Below the pieces are notes generated by a model. The model searched no databases and was not told the origin of the DNA. It saw nothing but the letters and a program-made list of their open reading frames with translations. A program made the translations under genes and the position numbers. Of a stretch of DNA of 64,000 nucleotides, positions 28,627-39,616 are shown piece by piece. Source of the DNA: Cyanidioschyzon merolae (lineage: Eukaryota); NCBI GenBank assembly GCA_000091205.1, contig AP006491.2; one strand, given 5' to 3'. Every line of letters begins with the position of its first letter. Position 1 is the stretch's first letter.

Positions 28627-30117
28627 ATGTCAAGTTTTTCTGGTGTGCTCGGCCCGAAACTTGTCCTTCGAAGCGGTGACTGGGTTTGTTGCTCGGCGCC
28701 AGACTGGACGCGTCAGCGACGCGCTGGAAGTTTCGGACGCTGGCTCAGTACACCACGCGGTTCAGAGTCTACCGCCGCCGAAGAAACAGGCGATGCTCCT
28801 TCGAACCCGGAAAATGGTGGGTCCAGTGCGGACGCGGTGACCCCACCACGACAGGTTCCACCGGTGCTTGCGGTGGAGCAGATTCGCTACGGCCAGCGGG
28901 AGTACCGCATCAATAGCGCTGGTCACCTGGAGGTGGCGGAGGTACGCACTCGTCGAGCCTGGGGCCTGAAAGCCGCTGACCGCTTTAGTCGTATGTTTCT
29001 TCCAGACGGTTATCCGGACTCCGTGGGTCCAGACTACGCTGAATACACCAAGTGGCGGGGCCGTGCTTTCTTCTTCGGAGGCATGGTGGGCGTCTTCAGC
29101 ACCCAGTCTCTTCTACTTGCAGTGGGCGTCGGACGACCAAGCGCTGCCCCCATCGCTGCAGCCTTGCAATGGGTCATTCGGGACGGACTCGGAAGAGCAG
29201 GGCGCATGCTCTTCAGCCAAGTAGGCACCGGCTTCGACGCAGAGACGAAGCAGTACCGGTTGGCTGCCGCATTCGTCCTGAATGTGTCCTGTGCGCTGGA
29301 GGCACTGACGCCCCTGTTCCCTCATCTATTTCTACCGCTGGCGAGCCTTGCCAACATGGCCAAAGGCGCAAGCACTGTGGCCGCTGCGTCGACGCGGGGT
29401 GCTATTTACCGTTCCTTCATGCGGCGGGAGAATCTCGGAGATATAACTGCCAAACAGGAGACTGTGGGCGTCGCTGGAGACCTCCTGGGAACCGCCGTCG
29501 GCGTCATTCTCTCGCGAGCATCCAGCCACTCGCATCGCCTATCGGTGATCGCTTTCATTGGAGCCTCGCTTGGACATCTAATCAGCGCCTATTACGAGGT
29601 TAAAAGCGTAGAACTGCGAACGCTGAATCGTCAGAGAGCGCACATGCTCATTTGGAACTACCTGGAAGACCAGGACCGCGTCTTACCCATTCGAGACGTG
29701 AACCGGAGAGAGCGCCTCGTATATCGGCCGTGGCTGGACTCGCTGCATGCTCCAAACGTCGAGATCGGTGCACGGCTCTCGGACGCAGCACCGGATGCTG
29801 ATGCGCTGAAATTTTTGCTCCGACTTTATCGCGACGAAAAGTACATGATGAACTACGCCGGCGGACGCGTCCGAATCGTTCTGCGGAATGACGCGACCCA
29901 TCAGGATCAACTCAAAGCCTATTTCCAGTCGCGGGCCTTTTGGCGGCTGTACATGACCAGTGGTGAGCGATTCTCGCCCAACCGCGCCCTTATCGAGGAC
30001 AGCTACCGCGCAACAAACCAGCTTTTCCCCAGTTTTGTGCGCGACTGCCGAGCTGAGGGTTGGAACGTCGACTGCGTACTCTTGAGGCCACTTGCCCGCA
30101 GAGTGCAGTGGAGCTAA
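28627..30117 (+). CDS. DUF647 / RUS (ROOT UV-B SENSITIVE, RUSF1-like) family protein
   Basis: 496 aa. The characteristic region is FSRMFLPDGYPDSVGPDYAEYTKWRGRAFFFGGMVGVFSTQSLLLAVGVG. Hydrophobic segments and a C-terminal region are typical of the family. Confidence 0.7.
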   Translation: MSSFSGVLGPKLVLRSGDWVCCSAPDWTRQRRAGSFGRWLSTPRGSESTAAEETGDAPSNPENGGSSADAVTPPRQVPPVLAVEQIRYGQREYRINSAGHLEVAEVRTRRAWGLKAADRFSRMFLPDGYPDSVGPDYAEYTKWRGRAFFFGGMVGVFSTQSLLLAVGVGRPSAAPIAAALQWVIRDGLGRAGRMLFSQVGTGFDAETKQYRLAAAFVLNVSCALEALTPLFPHLFLPLASLANMAKGASTVAAASTRGAIYRSFMRRENLGDITAKQETVGVAGDLLGTAVGVILSRASSHSHRLSVIAFIGASLGHLISAYYEVKSVELRTLNRQRAHMLIWNYLEDQDRVLPIRDVNRRERLVYRPWLDSLHAPNVEIGARLSDAAPDADALKFLLRLYRDEKYMMNYAGGRVRIVLRNDATHQDQLKAYFQSRAFWRLYMTSGERFSPNRALIEDSYRATNQLFPSFVRDCRAEGWNVDCVLLRPLARRVQWS

Positions 30118-30544
30118 TGCCCGACGCCAGTGTCCGATTCCAATGCATGGACTGACGAGCGTCCAGTGCACGCTGCAAGTCACCACGATGTCAAGCGGAG
30201 CACTTACTTTAGTGCTGGCCCGCTCATAAGCACCTTCGCCGATGCCATCTACAAGATTGACCGTTTCATTCAGTGCAGACGCTGCGCCATCCATTCTGGT
30301 GATAATCCGCCGGGCAGCACCAGCAACAGCAACAGCAACAGCCCGCGCGCAGCCGGGGCAAGCCCATCCAGGCGACCTGAGCGCTGTCCCTGGGGAGGCA
30401 CTGCGTCACCGCAAAACGTGCGCGCACTTTCAAGAAAGCCTGGTAGCAAGCGCTCAGCGCGTCATTCCAACAGTCTTGTACGGTCCTCAGCTGAATCCAG
30501 TGTGGCACTCGCTGGGCGCTCTTCACGATGCATGAAAAACGCCC

Positions 30545-33500
30545 TCACAAGATGCCATTCGAATAGAACTGAAATCGATCATATTGCCTGGTGCGCCAGT
30601 TATCGATGCTTTCGTCAATCAGATCCAGCACCGCCCGAATGCATTCTCGTTCAGGGAGCGATAACATGAGCCGCTGCCTGAGTCCATCGACCACAGCCAT
30701 GCCGCCGGCCATACAAGGAAGTCGAGTACCCTCGAGCATGATCTCGATGAGAGTGGTGAGCTTTTCGTGGTGCTTGCGGCACGCCAGAAATCCGCTCACA
30801 AAAAGCTCTCTGAAATAGCAGAATGTCTCACTCTGCACATCACCCATCACCTGGAGATACTCTGGGGATAACTTAAACGGAGCCGCTTCGAAACGGATTG
30901 AACCGGGTGAGTTGCCCAGCATGAATCCAAAATCAATATGAATAACATGCCCGCTAGCCGCTAGCATAATGTTCCCGTTGTGTCGATCGCGCACCTGGAA
31001 CAGATACGTCACCAGGGAATAGCCTGCCATGCTTTCCGTGAAGTTGCGCACTGCTTTGGCCAAAGCAGGCGACGGTGGTGCTCCGTACGCTCGCTCGAAA
31101 TATTCACGCAGCGAGATAAAATTTGGCGTCCGCTTCTTCAATGCGTGCACGCTCACAGCGTCGGGAATCGTCTCCACCAGTCCCGCATTATTGCCAAGAC
31201 ATACGATGGTGAACGGCCGTAACCACAGAGGCAACGACTCTTCTTCAAAAATCCGCAACATCTGCTCGATCAGCTGCACAGCTAATTGCTCTTGGCGCAG
31301 ATCATCACCTGCTTTCACAATAAATGACGCCAGTCGCCAAGTAGGCAGATGCCCGAACGGCGATGCGAGTCGAACACGTGCCTCCTTCCATGCCCACATC
31401 TCGCCGTAGACAGAGAGGAGCGTCGCCTCTCGCGCTCGCCGCTCCGATGCCTCATCCAGTGGCGCCTTCATCTGTTCACGGAAATTGACGCCGCGCGGTA
31501 CGTGCGCCGCTGCATGCATGAAGCCGCTGGCACGGATCGTCGGGCGATTTCCCGCGGATGCTGTATGCGTGTCGCTCGTTCGATGCCTTGAAGCGCCATA
31601 CTTTTCGAGCATTTTCTCTGCAATTGCTTCACGAACGAGTTTCCTTTGGAGCTCTTGCAGATCTACGCGGTGTGTGTTTGGCCCGCTTGACGCTCGGGCA
31701 GCGGTGGCTGCTTCTGGGTCTGTCCCTGGATGCCGCTGGTTGTTGTTCACAGTGTTGGTCTCTGTCGCGAGGCACGAGTCCGACGCTACTGCCGCTTCCG
31801 TATCCGGGTGTGTTGTGTGCTGCAGGCGACGAAGCGTACCGCTGCTGAGCGAGCGTGCGCGTTGGAGGTGTGCACCACTCGCTCCGACAAGATCTGAATA
31901 TGACGTGATGGTCAAGCTGGCGCTGCCGTTACCGCCGAGGCCGGTTCCGAGGTCGGCAGATGCGAGACGATGTGCGTAACGAGGCAAGAGACGAGACGGG
32001 ACTGCGTAGACCGGTGGACGATTCGGCGAATGCTGGGCCGCGTTGTCCTCCGGGGTGCCTTCTTCATCGTCGGCATCTGAGGCTTGGGTTGCGTCGTGGG
32101 CAAGCGACTCGGTACGGCACGCACTCGCGTGTTCTTCTTGACTGTCGCTCGTATGAGGGGCGATCTCTTCTAGCCGAACGATTTCGACCGGCGCGAAACT
32201 CTTCTCGTCGGGCAGAATCGCTCGGGCTGGTGAGGCCGTGTACAGTAGCGCTTCCATTTCGCGCAGGCGATCTTCACTGGCCAAATGCTGGCAAAAAATA
32301 TTCCGATCGGAGCATTTCATATTCGTCTCGAGCACCTCAGCATACACCATGAAAGGCACCCGATCCTTGCTGGACAAGATGACGCATTCGATCGAAGCGA
32401 TCCGCAGCAGCCGCAAAACGGACTCGTTGCTTCGCGAGAGCGGCAAGTGGATAGATCGCAACGCGGCACGCGGGCAGCGTGGTGCAACCATTGCAGCGCT
32501 AACCTCGATATCTTGCGCTCCGAGCCGGCTTGGTCGTCCCTCAAAGCCGGCTATTCTGCGGTAAATTAGCTCGGAGAGGTCTTCCAATCGAGATCTAAGA
32601 ATTCTCTCCCGTTTGCTCGGAGATATGGCTCGCAAATCCAGCGAGATGCGCACAAGCGAGCGGAAGAAGTAGAGCATATCGTTGAAGTAATCGAAGCGTT
32701 CCTGTTTTGCTGCAAGCAGCCTTGTATGTTCGAGAGCCGAGGGAGGCCACTGCGAGCTGGGCGAGCCTTGCGGCAACGAGCGCGGCGATGTTTCTCGTGA
32801 CGCGGGCATGGCCGTCGGCGAATGTGGCGCTGAACGGCAGAGGCGATCTGCCGCCATACCTATCGCGCTTTCCGCCAGAGCACGTACGTCTGTCCACGGC
32901 CAGCCAGCGGCTTCATCGTGCGATTCGTTGAAGGCGTCCGCTGAAGCGGCTGTGCCCTCGCTTTGGGCATCGTCGCTCTCGTGCTGTAATCGTTCTGTTT
33001 CCGCCAGCCACGATGTCTCTGTACGCGTATCCAGTGAACTTCTCCGCGATGTTCTCTGCTTCGCCCTCAAGTCGAGAGAATGGACGCGGCGGTGCCTACT
33101 CGATCGCCTAGACCCACCGCTGTGAAGGTGCATTGCATTCTGGTTCATGCCGTCCTGCATCGCGAACAACGATGCACTGGTGTTCGCGCCATCGTTGGCT
33201 TGACATCGGGTCGCACGTCGGGTACATGACGCATCCTCAAGACGCACAGGGGTGAAGTCGTAGCCGAGCAGCTCCACGGTGGCCGGCGGTGAGCCCACTA
33301 GCATAGTGCTCGCATAGCCGTTGACGGCAGCTGTTTCGCAGCGCGTGCGCAGCAACTGGCAGCGCTTCAGCATCGAGCGATGCCGCGTATCCTCACTGGC
33401 GGCTTGTAGAAACCAGTACACCTGAAGCGCGAAATGCATACTTTCTGCACATTTGTCCATGATGAATTTCTCCAAAGCAGATGTTTCTCTAGCATGGAAA

Positions 33501-34126
33501 ACAAGCAGGTTACACAACTGCGGCAGGTACAGCTCCACATCCTCCATGTCCAGACTATACAGCTCATTACAGATGTAGTCGAAGACGCCACGCACAAGGC
33601 GGTATCGATACAGATAGGTGACGGCCATCCATGCATCGAAAAAGTCCGAACGGAACAGTCGTAGCAGCCAACTTGTCGACAAATCCGTGCTCCTGTTCGG
33701 GGTCGGAATTGAAGTAGAGGGTTCACGGTAAGCGAATCCCTCTTCCGAATCCCTGGTCTCCTTAGACCGTGTCCTTGATGGCGATTCCAGGCCGTCGCTT
33801 GCTGCTTGCGAGTGTAGGCCATTCGTACTCACCAGCGGCTCTGGAGCGTGCGGCTCGTGCGTTCTCGCTGTTGACAACTCCAGGCGAGCAGTGGCTTGTT
33901 CCAGCACTTGCTGCAAGAGTGTTTCCACCAGAGTTGCTATCTCGCTCGCACGCATTTCCTGCCCTTCTGCTCGCCCAGAGGCGAGAGGGCACGCCGCGCC
34001 CCCCGTCTGAGGTTCCGCAGCCCGAACCTGGTGAGCGCTGCTTCGCGCAGGCCCCTTCTCGAGACTGGCCATGCCAGTGCTGCGTCGCACAGCCGGTGCA
34101 GTCAAATTTTCAGCTATTCCCCGCAC
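30545..34126 (-). CDS. Phosphatidylinositol 4-kinase beta (Pik1/PI4KB-type)
   Basis: 1193 aa. The C-terminal PI3/4-kinase catalytic domain contains IVKAGDDLRQEQLAVQLIEQMLRIFEEE, DRHNGNIML, IHIDFGFMLGNSPGSIRFEAAPFKLSPEYLQVMG. The N-terminal FFDAWMAVTYLYRY is PI4K-unique. The central region is low-complexity. Confidence 0.85.
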   Translation of the reverse strand: MRGIAENLTAPAVRRSTGMASLEKGPARSSAHQVRAAEPQTGGAACPLASGRAEGQEMRASEIATLVETLLQQVLEQATARLELSTARTHEPHAPEPLVSTNGLHSQAASDGLESPSRTRSKETRDSEEGFAYREPSTSIPTPNRSTDLSTSWLLRLFRSDFFDAWMAVTYLYRYRLVRGVFDYICNELYSLDMEDVELYLPQLCNLLVFHARETSALEKFIMDKCAESMHFALQVYWFLQAASEDTRHRSMLKRCQLLRTRCETAAVNGYASTMLVGSPPATVELLGYDFTPVRLEDASCTRRATRCQANDGANTSASLFAMQDGMNQNAMHLHSGGSRRSSRHRRVHSLDLRAKQRTSRRSSLDTRTETSWLAETERLQHESDDAQSEGTAASADAFNESHDEAAGWPWTDVRALAESAIGMAADRLCRSAPHSPTAMPASRETSPRSLPQGSPSSQWPPSALEHTRLLAAKQERFDYFNDMLYFFRSLVRISLDLRAISPSKRERILRSRLEDLSELIYRRIAGFEGRPSRLGAQDIEVSAAMVAPRCPRAALRSIHLPLSRSNESVLRLLRIASIECVILSSKDRVPFMVYAEVLETNMKCSDRNIFCQHLASEDRLREMEALLYTASPARAILPDEKSFAPVEIVRLEEIAPHTSDSQEEHASACRTESLAHDATQASDADDEEGTPEDNAAQHSPNRPPVYAVPSRLLPRYAHRLASADLGTGLGGNGSASLTITSYSDLVGASGAHLQRARSLSSGTLRRLQHTTHPDTEAAVASDSCLATETNTVNNNQRHPGTDPEAATAARASSGPNTHRVDLQELQRKLVREAIAEKMLEKYGASRHRTSDTHTASAGNRPTIRASGFMHAAAHVPRGVNFREQMKAPLDEASERRAREATLLSVYGEMWAWKEARVRLASPFGHLPTWRLASFIVKAGDDLRQEQLAVQLIEQMLRIFEEESLPLWLRPFTIVCLGNNAGLVETIPDAVSVHALKKRTPNFISLREYFERAYGAPPSPALAKAVRNFTESMAGYSLVTYLFQVRDRHNGNIMLAASGHVIHIDFGFMLGNSPGSIRFEAAPFKLSPEYLQVMGDVQSETFCYFRELFVSGFLACRKHHEKLTTLIEIMLEGTRLPCMAGGMAVVDGLRQRLMLSLPERECIRAVLDLIDESIDNWRTRQYDRFQFYSNGIL

Positions 34127-34910
34127 AATCAGGAAACGGCGTCCTTCAGGCCCTGTGACGCAGAAGGTTTCTGGTAAAAGCTTGCGGTATACCTGGCTAC
34201 GCCACTGAGACTCCGAACCCCAGAAACCTGCACCCGTGAAGATCCCGCTCCAGGTACAAGTATTCCAAGCAGTTGCGTCCCGAGAGACCGTGCAATCTTC
34301 TTTGGTTGCTAGCGACAGCAGCTATCGCCGTCCACAAGCTCTCAAGACCCGCTCACCGTTCGCCTGCGTTGCCTGGGGAATCCGCTCGACTCGCCACGTG
34401 CCCGTACAAGGCGATCGATCTGAAACGGTCGCGTAGAACACCGGTGCCTGGAGCACTGGGAGCGCCTAGAAGGGGTGCAACCGAGGTTCCTAGACCGTGC
34501 TTGCCACAGGACATTAGCGAATACTGGAGCGGCAGCAGCGTTCGTGACAGGCGTATTCAAGGTTCCTAGTTCGTAGTTTCGGCGCTACACCAGCAGAAAC
34601 TGGAGCAGAACATATTCTCTTAGCAAGCGACACGGGAGGTTTCCGAGGTTGCGAGGTGGTGGTGGTGCTGCTGCTGCTGCTGCTGACGCTACAGCAGCGG
34701 ATTTTGGAGCAGTAAACGGGACAGGCAGCGATCGAAATAAGTAGCGGCATTGTATGGGGGATCGTTGCAACCTCTCATCTAATTGCTGGCCGCTTACTCA
34801 TTCGAGGAAAGCTATTCTGAAGCACCGCTCCACCACTGTACAAGAGTCACCGGCCTGCAGTCTATATTATTGGACTGCGGGTTCACGGATAAGTATCACA
34901 GACTCTTAGC

Positions 34911-35750
34911 GTGCTGACAAGAAGACGGACACCGACGATTCCTCTTCAAGACGTGCATATGAAGGTTGCACGGCGCGTGTGTGCTGCCGAGGCCGAGGTC
35001 CTGGCCCAGAGCGATGCAGTATCCTGGGTTGACGCTGGCTCTGGCGAACGCCGGGTGCGTTTAGCGGGCTACGGCTCCCTTCTGAGCGTCGCATCGGCAC
35101 GGAGGACGTGCCCACAGCTGCGGCACCACCGGCTTGCCTGGGTCCAGGGCTATCGTCGGATTTTTTGCCTCGTATCTCTGACTTGTGTGCGTCGAGGTCC
35201 GCCGTACGCGGACTGGCGCACGCGTGAAGTGGCGGCCTGTGCAGCGTTTCCAGGCGATTCCGAGGATCGCCTCGCGGTTGCGCTCTTCGATATACCCGCG
35301 TCGGAACTGCAGGCGTATCTAGAACGCGAGTCGCGTTACGAGTTTACCGTCGTGAATTGCCTCGAGGCCGACTCCAGTGGCATCCGCAAAGCAATCATGT
35401 GTGTTGCACCATTTGACCGGTGGGCGGTGGCGTGCCCCATACGGGAACAGGGTCCGCTGCATGATGCCGGCTGTTGGCATTGGTACAGCGGACCTCTGTG
35501 GCGAAAGGATGTGCTGCCCAGTGCTCCCTACCTGCACCTTTGTTTGCGAGCAGCTGCTGCCTTTGACGTGTTGGACGAATTTCTCGATGCATCTTATCTC
35601 GCCGATGGGTGTACGACTTTGCGTTCCTACCTTCGTTCCTTAGATCAATGGGGTCCTGCGGCGGACCCAATATCTCTCGAAAAGACGCGTAAGCTGCAAG
35701 GAAGCGCAGATGGATCCTTCTTGATCTTTGCAGCTGGGAATTGGAACTAA
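34911..35750 (+). CDS. ChaC-like / gamma-glutamylcyclotransferase-family protein
   Basis: LAGYGSLLSV...LAWVQGYRRIF matches the ChaC pattern fGYGSLiW...GY.R.F. The start may be the Met at about 34959. Confidence 0.45.
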   Translation: MLTRRRTPTIPLQDVHMKVARRVCAAEAEVLAQSDAVSWVDAGSGERRVRLAGYGSLLSVASARRTCPQLRHHRLAWVQGYRRIFCLVSLTCVRRGPPYADWRTREVAACAAFPGDSEDRLAVALFDIPASELQAYLERESRYEFTVVNCLEADSSGIRKAIMCVAPFDRWAVACPIREQGPLHDAGCWHWYSGPLWRKDVLPSAPYLHLCLRAAAAFDVLDEFLDASYLADGCTTLRSYLRSLDQWGPAADPISLEKTRKLQGSADGSFLIFAAGNWN

Positions 35751-36115
35751 TCCCAAAAGCGTCTCTGTCGTTTTTTTTCTCTGGAGGGAAGACTGTCGCA
35801 CGAGACAGCAGCCGGGCGCTAGCGCACGCTTTCGGTGGTTCGCAGGCTCGCTATCGAAACGCCACCTCCATGCCACGAAGTCTGGAGCTGCATCCACATC
35901 GTGCAAAACAGGTTCGTCTGCGATGCGCCACGAGCATTGGCAGTCTTGCTGCGAACGGCCCGAAACGGCTGTCCCGAGAACGTCACATGCAAGCCCCAGA
36001 ACGAACGGCGGCCGCCGCACATACGCTGTACCGATCCATCGTGAATGCTGGTACCAGTTTCGTGTTGGAAAATGTTCAGTACTTTGCAGGCACTCAAATT
36101 AAATGCATATGTGAT

Positions 36116-37030
36116 CTATTTCAAGGGTGCGTCAATGAAGATCGGCTGCTGCTCGTGGAGATCGATCCAGTTGTCTGCTGCGAGTCGAAGTCGTGCCTGA
36201 AAGAGCGCGATATCCGCGGACTCCTCCGGATATACCGTGCCATCTGTCTCATATATGTTATCGAACCGCACGTCCTTGGAGCACTCTACAATAGGACAGG
36301 TAATGCAGCGGACCTGAATCTGCATGTTCACACAGTTCGCCAACCTGACCTGCTGCGCTGCCGCAATGCGCACGGTGCAGTTGGCGCACTGCTCCAGGCA
36401 GATCGGTCCCAGAACAACTCCGATACAGAGACTGGAGCCTTGCGTATTCCGGATGAAGACCTGAGCAAAGGGCGCGCATGCCTTCACAACGCTGTTGCCG
36501 AGCGAGCATAGGTCCAGTGTCGTTGCTGCGAAACCCTCAGCAGCCCGAGGCACTCGGTAAACTTCTCCAACGCCATTTCCACACACACGAACAACAGCAT
36601 CGTTTGGCGTCATATTCTGGCCTTCGAGCACCACGCTGGTATCAGCAGCAGCAGCAGCAGTGCTCCTCGCTCTAGTGTCGCCATCCGGACAGGGTAGGCA
36701 CGCACTTTCGTGAACCGGTTTCAAAACAAGCCGCGGAAAATTTTGAGGTTTCTTCTCACTTACAGCAGATATTATCTCGCTTTTTCGTTGAATGCAAACT
36801 CCAGGAAAATACTGGTTGCAGTTTGAGCGGGCCACGGCAGTGTCCGCGTCCTTGGGGACTGTGGCCTCTGGCTGCCCCCGGCGGCTGCCAGACAACTCGT
36901 GCTGGTCACTTGCATCACCCGCGCACGGTTGGTAGCTACCGTCCAAATCCCTTTCCGATATAACTGACCCATCTCTATTCGTTTTGCTCCGAATCAGCGA
37001 CATCTTGTCGACACCCGTACCTGCGAACAA
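36116..37030 (-). CDS. TBCC (tubulin-folding cofactor C / C-CAP) domain protein
   Basis: 304 aa. The C-terminal beta-helix-type repeats (IRNTQGSSLCIGVVLGPICLEQCANCTVRIAAAQQVRLANCVNMQIQVRCITCPIVECSKDVRFD) are typical of TBCC/RP2 domains. A (CAG)6 microsatellite at about 36640 encodes poly-Ala. Confidence 0.5.
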   Translation of the reverse strand: MFAGTGVDKMSLIRSKTNRDGSVISERDLDGSYQPCAGDASDQHELSGSRRGQPEATVPKDADTAVARSNCNQYFPGVCIQRKSEIISAVSEKKPQNFPRLVLKPVHESACLPCPDGDTRARSTAAAAADTSVVLEGQNMTPNDAVVRVCGNGVGEVYRVPRAAEGFAATTLDLCSLGNSVVKACAPFAQVFIRNTQGSSLCIGVVLGPICLEQCANCTVRIAAAQQVRLANCVNMQIQVRCITCPIVECSKDVRFDNIYETDGTVYPEESADIALFQARLRLAADNWIDLHEQQPIFIDAPLK

Positions 37031-37555
37031 CGCAACACGAGTGCGTTGCCCGTTGTACCCGCGCTCCCTGGTGCGACAAGTCGCCGAGGAAGCGCGCGCG
37101 CCATTCTACGCTCAGCGCCGATTGCGTTCCTGATCGCAGAGGGCGCTTCGAGCCGACCTCTGTATCCAGGTATCGCAGTATTGCACTGCTTTGATGTCGC
37201 GATGGCGGACTGCTGCACATGCTAAGGTGTAAGGAGCGTCCACAGCAGGCCTGGTACTCGGAAAATCGCTGGATCAAGACTGCGCCCCTCGGGCGGAGCA
37301 CGAACATGAAACTACTGAGACCTGATTGCATCGCGCACGTGCTGGGGCCTCTTCGTCGGTCACTGACAGCACACGGGCAGCAGGGGGTGGGATTTGACTG
37401 GAGAATTCGACGCTGCAGCATCAAAAACTTTTCAAACTCGTATTTGCGCCAGATCATGTCTTGCGTAGAGCTGAGGCTCTTATCTGTGTATCTGGAAGCG
37501 CTCGCGTATCCCCCAGGTTTATCACAGATCTCGAGTTTGCACGACACTTTTGTGA

Positions 37556-39415
37556 GTCTACAATGGAGCGCTGACCAGCTCGCTCTGGTCCTTCATCTCG
37601 ATATTTCTCCGAACTCGTTTTAGATGTGTCGCAGCGGGATTCAATGTGCAGCAGGAAAAGAGAATGCGTCGATGCGCGGTTTTAGGATTCCCGGTCGGTT
37701 CCTCGGGGTATGATCCCTCGACGCTTTGCCGCTGGGATTTGTGATCGCCATTCGAATCAAGACCATCCAAGACCGCGCTGAACAGCGGTCCGTAAAACAA
37801 CCGATGCCATCATCCAACTCATGTGTACAAGCCTCTGCTCTTCTCCTTTTCTGACGCGTAGCAGGCTCAAATCACCCATTCTACAAATTATCGATCTTTC
37901 TACATGAGCGCAGCAACACTCACAAGAAGAAAAGCTCAACATCGACCCGTGACGACTTGCTCTCAAGCACACTCCGAAACTTCAACGAAGTCGTCAGGTC
38001 AAACTAGAACCCACTCCGTTCGTACGATCCACCCCTCCCTCTTTGTGGCTATCGACGCGTCGACACTCGACAGCAGCAGCACGGAATCGCTCACGGGATG
38101 CGCTTCCGGGCGCTCCCGTCTCTTCAGTTTGTAAGGAAGGGGGCCCTTGGACTCGGAATTCAGTCCTCGCATCGATCGCCTCCGATGGAGGGTGCGTCAC
38201 CATTTCGCACAAAGAGACCGTTCGCTTGTCAAAGTGTCTCGGCTTGCTCTCCCGCCTGGATCTTCCGTTCAGTGCTTGTTCCATCACGGACCAGATCGCA
38301 ATCAGCATATCCGCTTCTGTTCGGAACACAGCAGAGAGTTTAAACAGGTCGTCGTATACACCCAACTTGTTTCGTATGCTGCAACTCGATTGAGAATGTC
38401 TCCGCAGCAGTGAGGAACGGGTTCAGGGAAGCAAATGCTCGTTTCGATCTCTCGACTTGTCCTCGACACGCACTGGTGCCCGACGCTCTTGGTGCCGAGA
38501 CTGCGGCCACCGGCTCGGCGGCGGTCCACAGAAATCTCCAGCTCAGGTGCCGGAAAGTTTCCAACCGCCCTCATAAACCAAGGCCACCTACATAGCGCCG
38601 TCGAGCGCTTCATGAGGCGCGTCCTGCGAGCTTCATGCCTGTTGTTCCCTCCGTTCACCGGCCCCAAACAGTAGGGACTGGTGTGTAAGAGGCCTGCGGA
38701 CGTCGATGGAGGCCAGCGCCGACCTGGCAGCCGCGGAGGACATCGAACTGGTAGCGAGTGTGGAAGAGGTGCCGCAACGAGTACGAGAGGCGCCTCGGAT
38801 CGTCGGAGCTCGTGGCGTTGGTCTCGACCTCGCAGCGACGGACGACGTATCTAAAAGATGGTCGGAACGTGGTGTCTGTCCTTGTTGCGCCTTGTGCGAT
38901 CTATCTACTAGAGCATACACCGAGAGCAGGCATGGATGCCCCGAGATGCCCATCGATGAGCCGAGCACGTTGTCCGCGCATCAGGGCCACGGATGCACGC
39001 TGAAACCGAGAGAGAAGAAGAGCGTGAACCAGAGCCGCATGCACGAGATGGTGAACGGTACGTTCATCGAATGTCAGATGAGGAGGCAATCGAAAGCGAG
39101 GTGCTATCTACGGAGTGCTTTTGAAAGCAGTCACGCGCGCAAGCACTTTCTGCGGCGACCCTTGAACGCCTTGATCGACATCCGGAACGGTCTCGTGCTT
39201 CGGGGGCGCGTAGCGGGTCTGTTTCGAGTGAAGCTTCCATGGAAACGTTTAGCACTTTTTTGGACATTGTGCTGAATGTCTGAGGCGTTTCGATTGAGAA
39301 AATCAGTGTCCAGGAGTGAGGACATTGGACTCTCGACGGAAGCAGGGCACTGGTATCATCCAGGCAGCATTCTCGAATGGCTGGTGCGGCGTCTATATTT
39401 AGATACAACGAGAAC
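37556..39415 (+). repeat. Dispersed repeat family 1, copy A (~1.86 kb, non-coding)
   Basis: Over 95% identical to 50795-52695 and to the inverted 59421-61176. It starts at ...aatggagcgctgaccagctcgctctggtcc and ends at ...ctatatttagatacaacgagaac. Embedded ORFs are short and low-complexity on both strands. Confidence 0.85.
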
Positions 39416-39616
39416 TGTATTCCTTTGTACATGATATTTACAGAGTCTAAACGTGCTGCAATAAGGCTAATACTTGCTTTCCGCACAGAAAAGTCGTGAG
39501 TTGGCGCATCGAAAGGGCCTCCTGCACCTGCTCCTTGTCCCCTTCGCGCGTGAACAAGCCTTTCCCTGTCCTTTCGGAAAAAGTCTCGCACCAGTGCATT
39601 CACGATCTTGCCCAGT

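Noticed and set aside
30300-30345. Microsatellites (CAG/CAA)n at about 30310, (GCT)n/(GGT)n at about 34655-34690, (CAG)6 at about 36640, (GAT)n at about 58805
   Set aside because: They are short simple-sequence tracts, either coding for homopolymeric amino acids or in convergent 3' intergenic space. They are not independently interesting.
37556-39415. Short ORFs inside repeat family 1 (for example MEASADLAAAEDIELV…, MGPVNGGNNRHEARRT…) as protein-coding genes
   Set aside because: They are open on both strands, low-complexity and have no recognisable domains. Their conservation between copies is trivial because the copies are over 95% identical at the DNA level.
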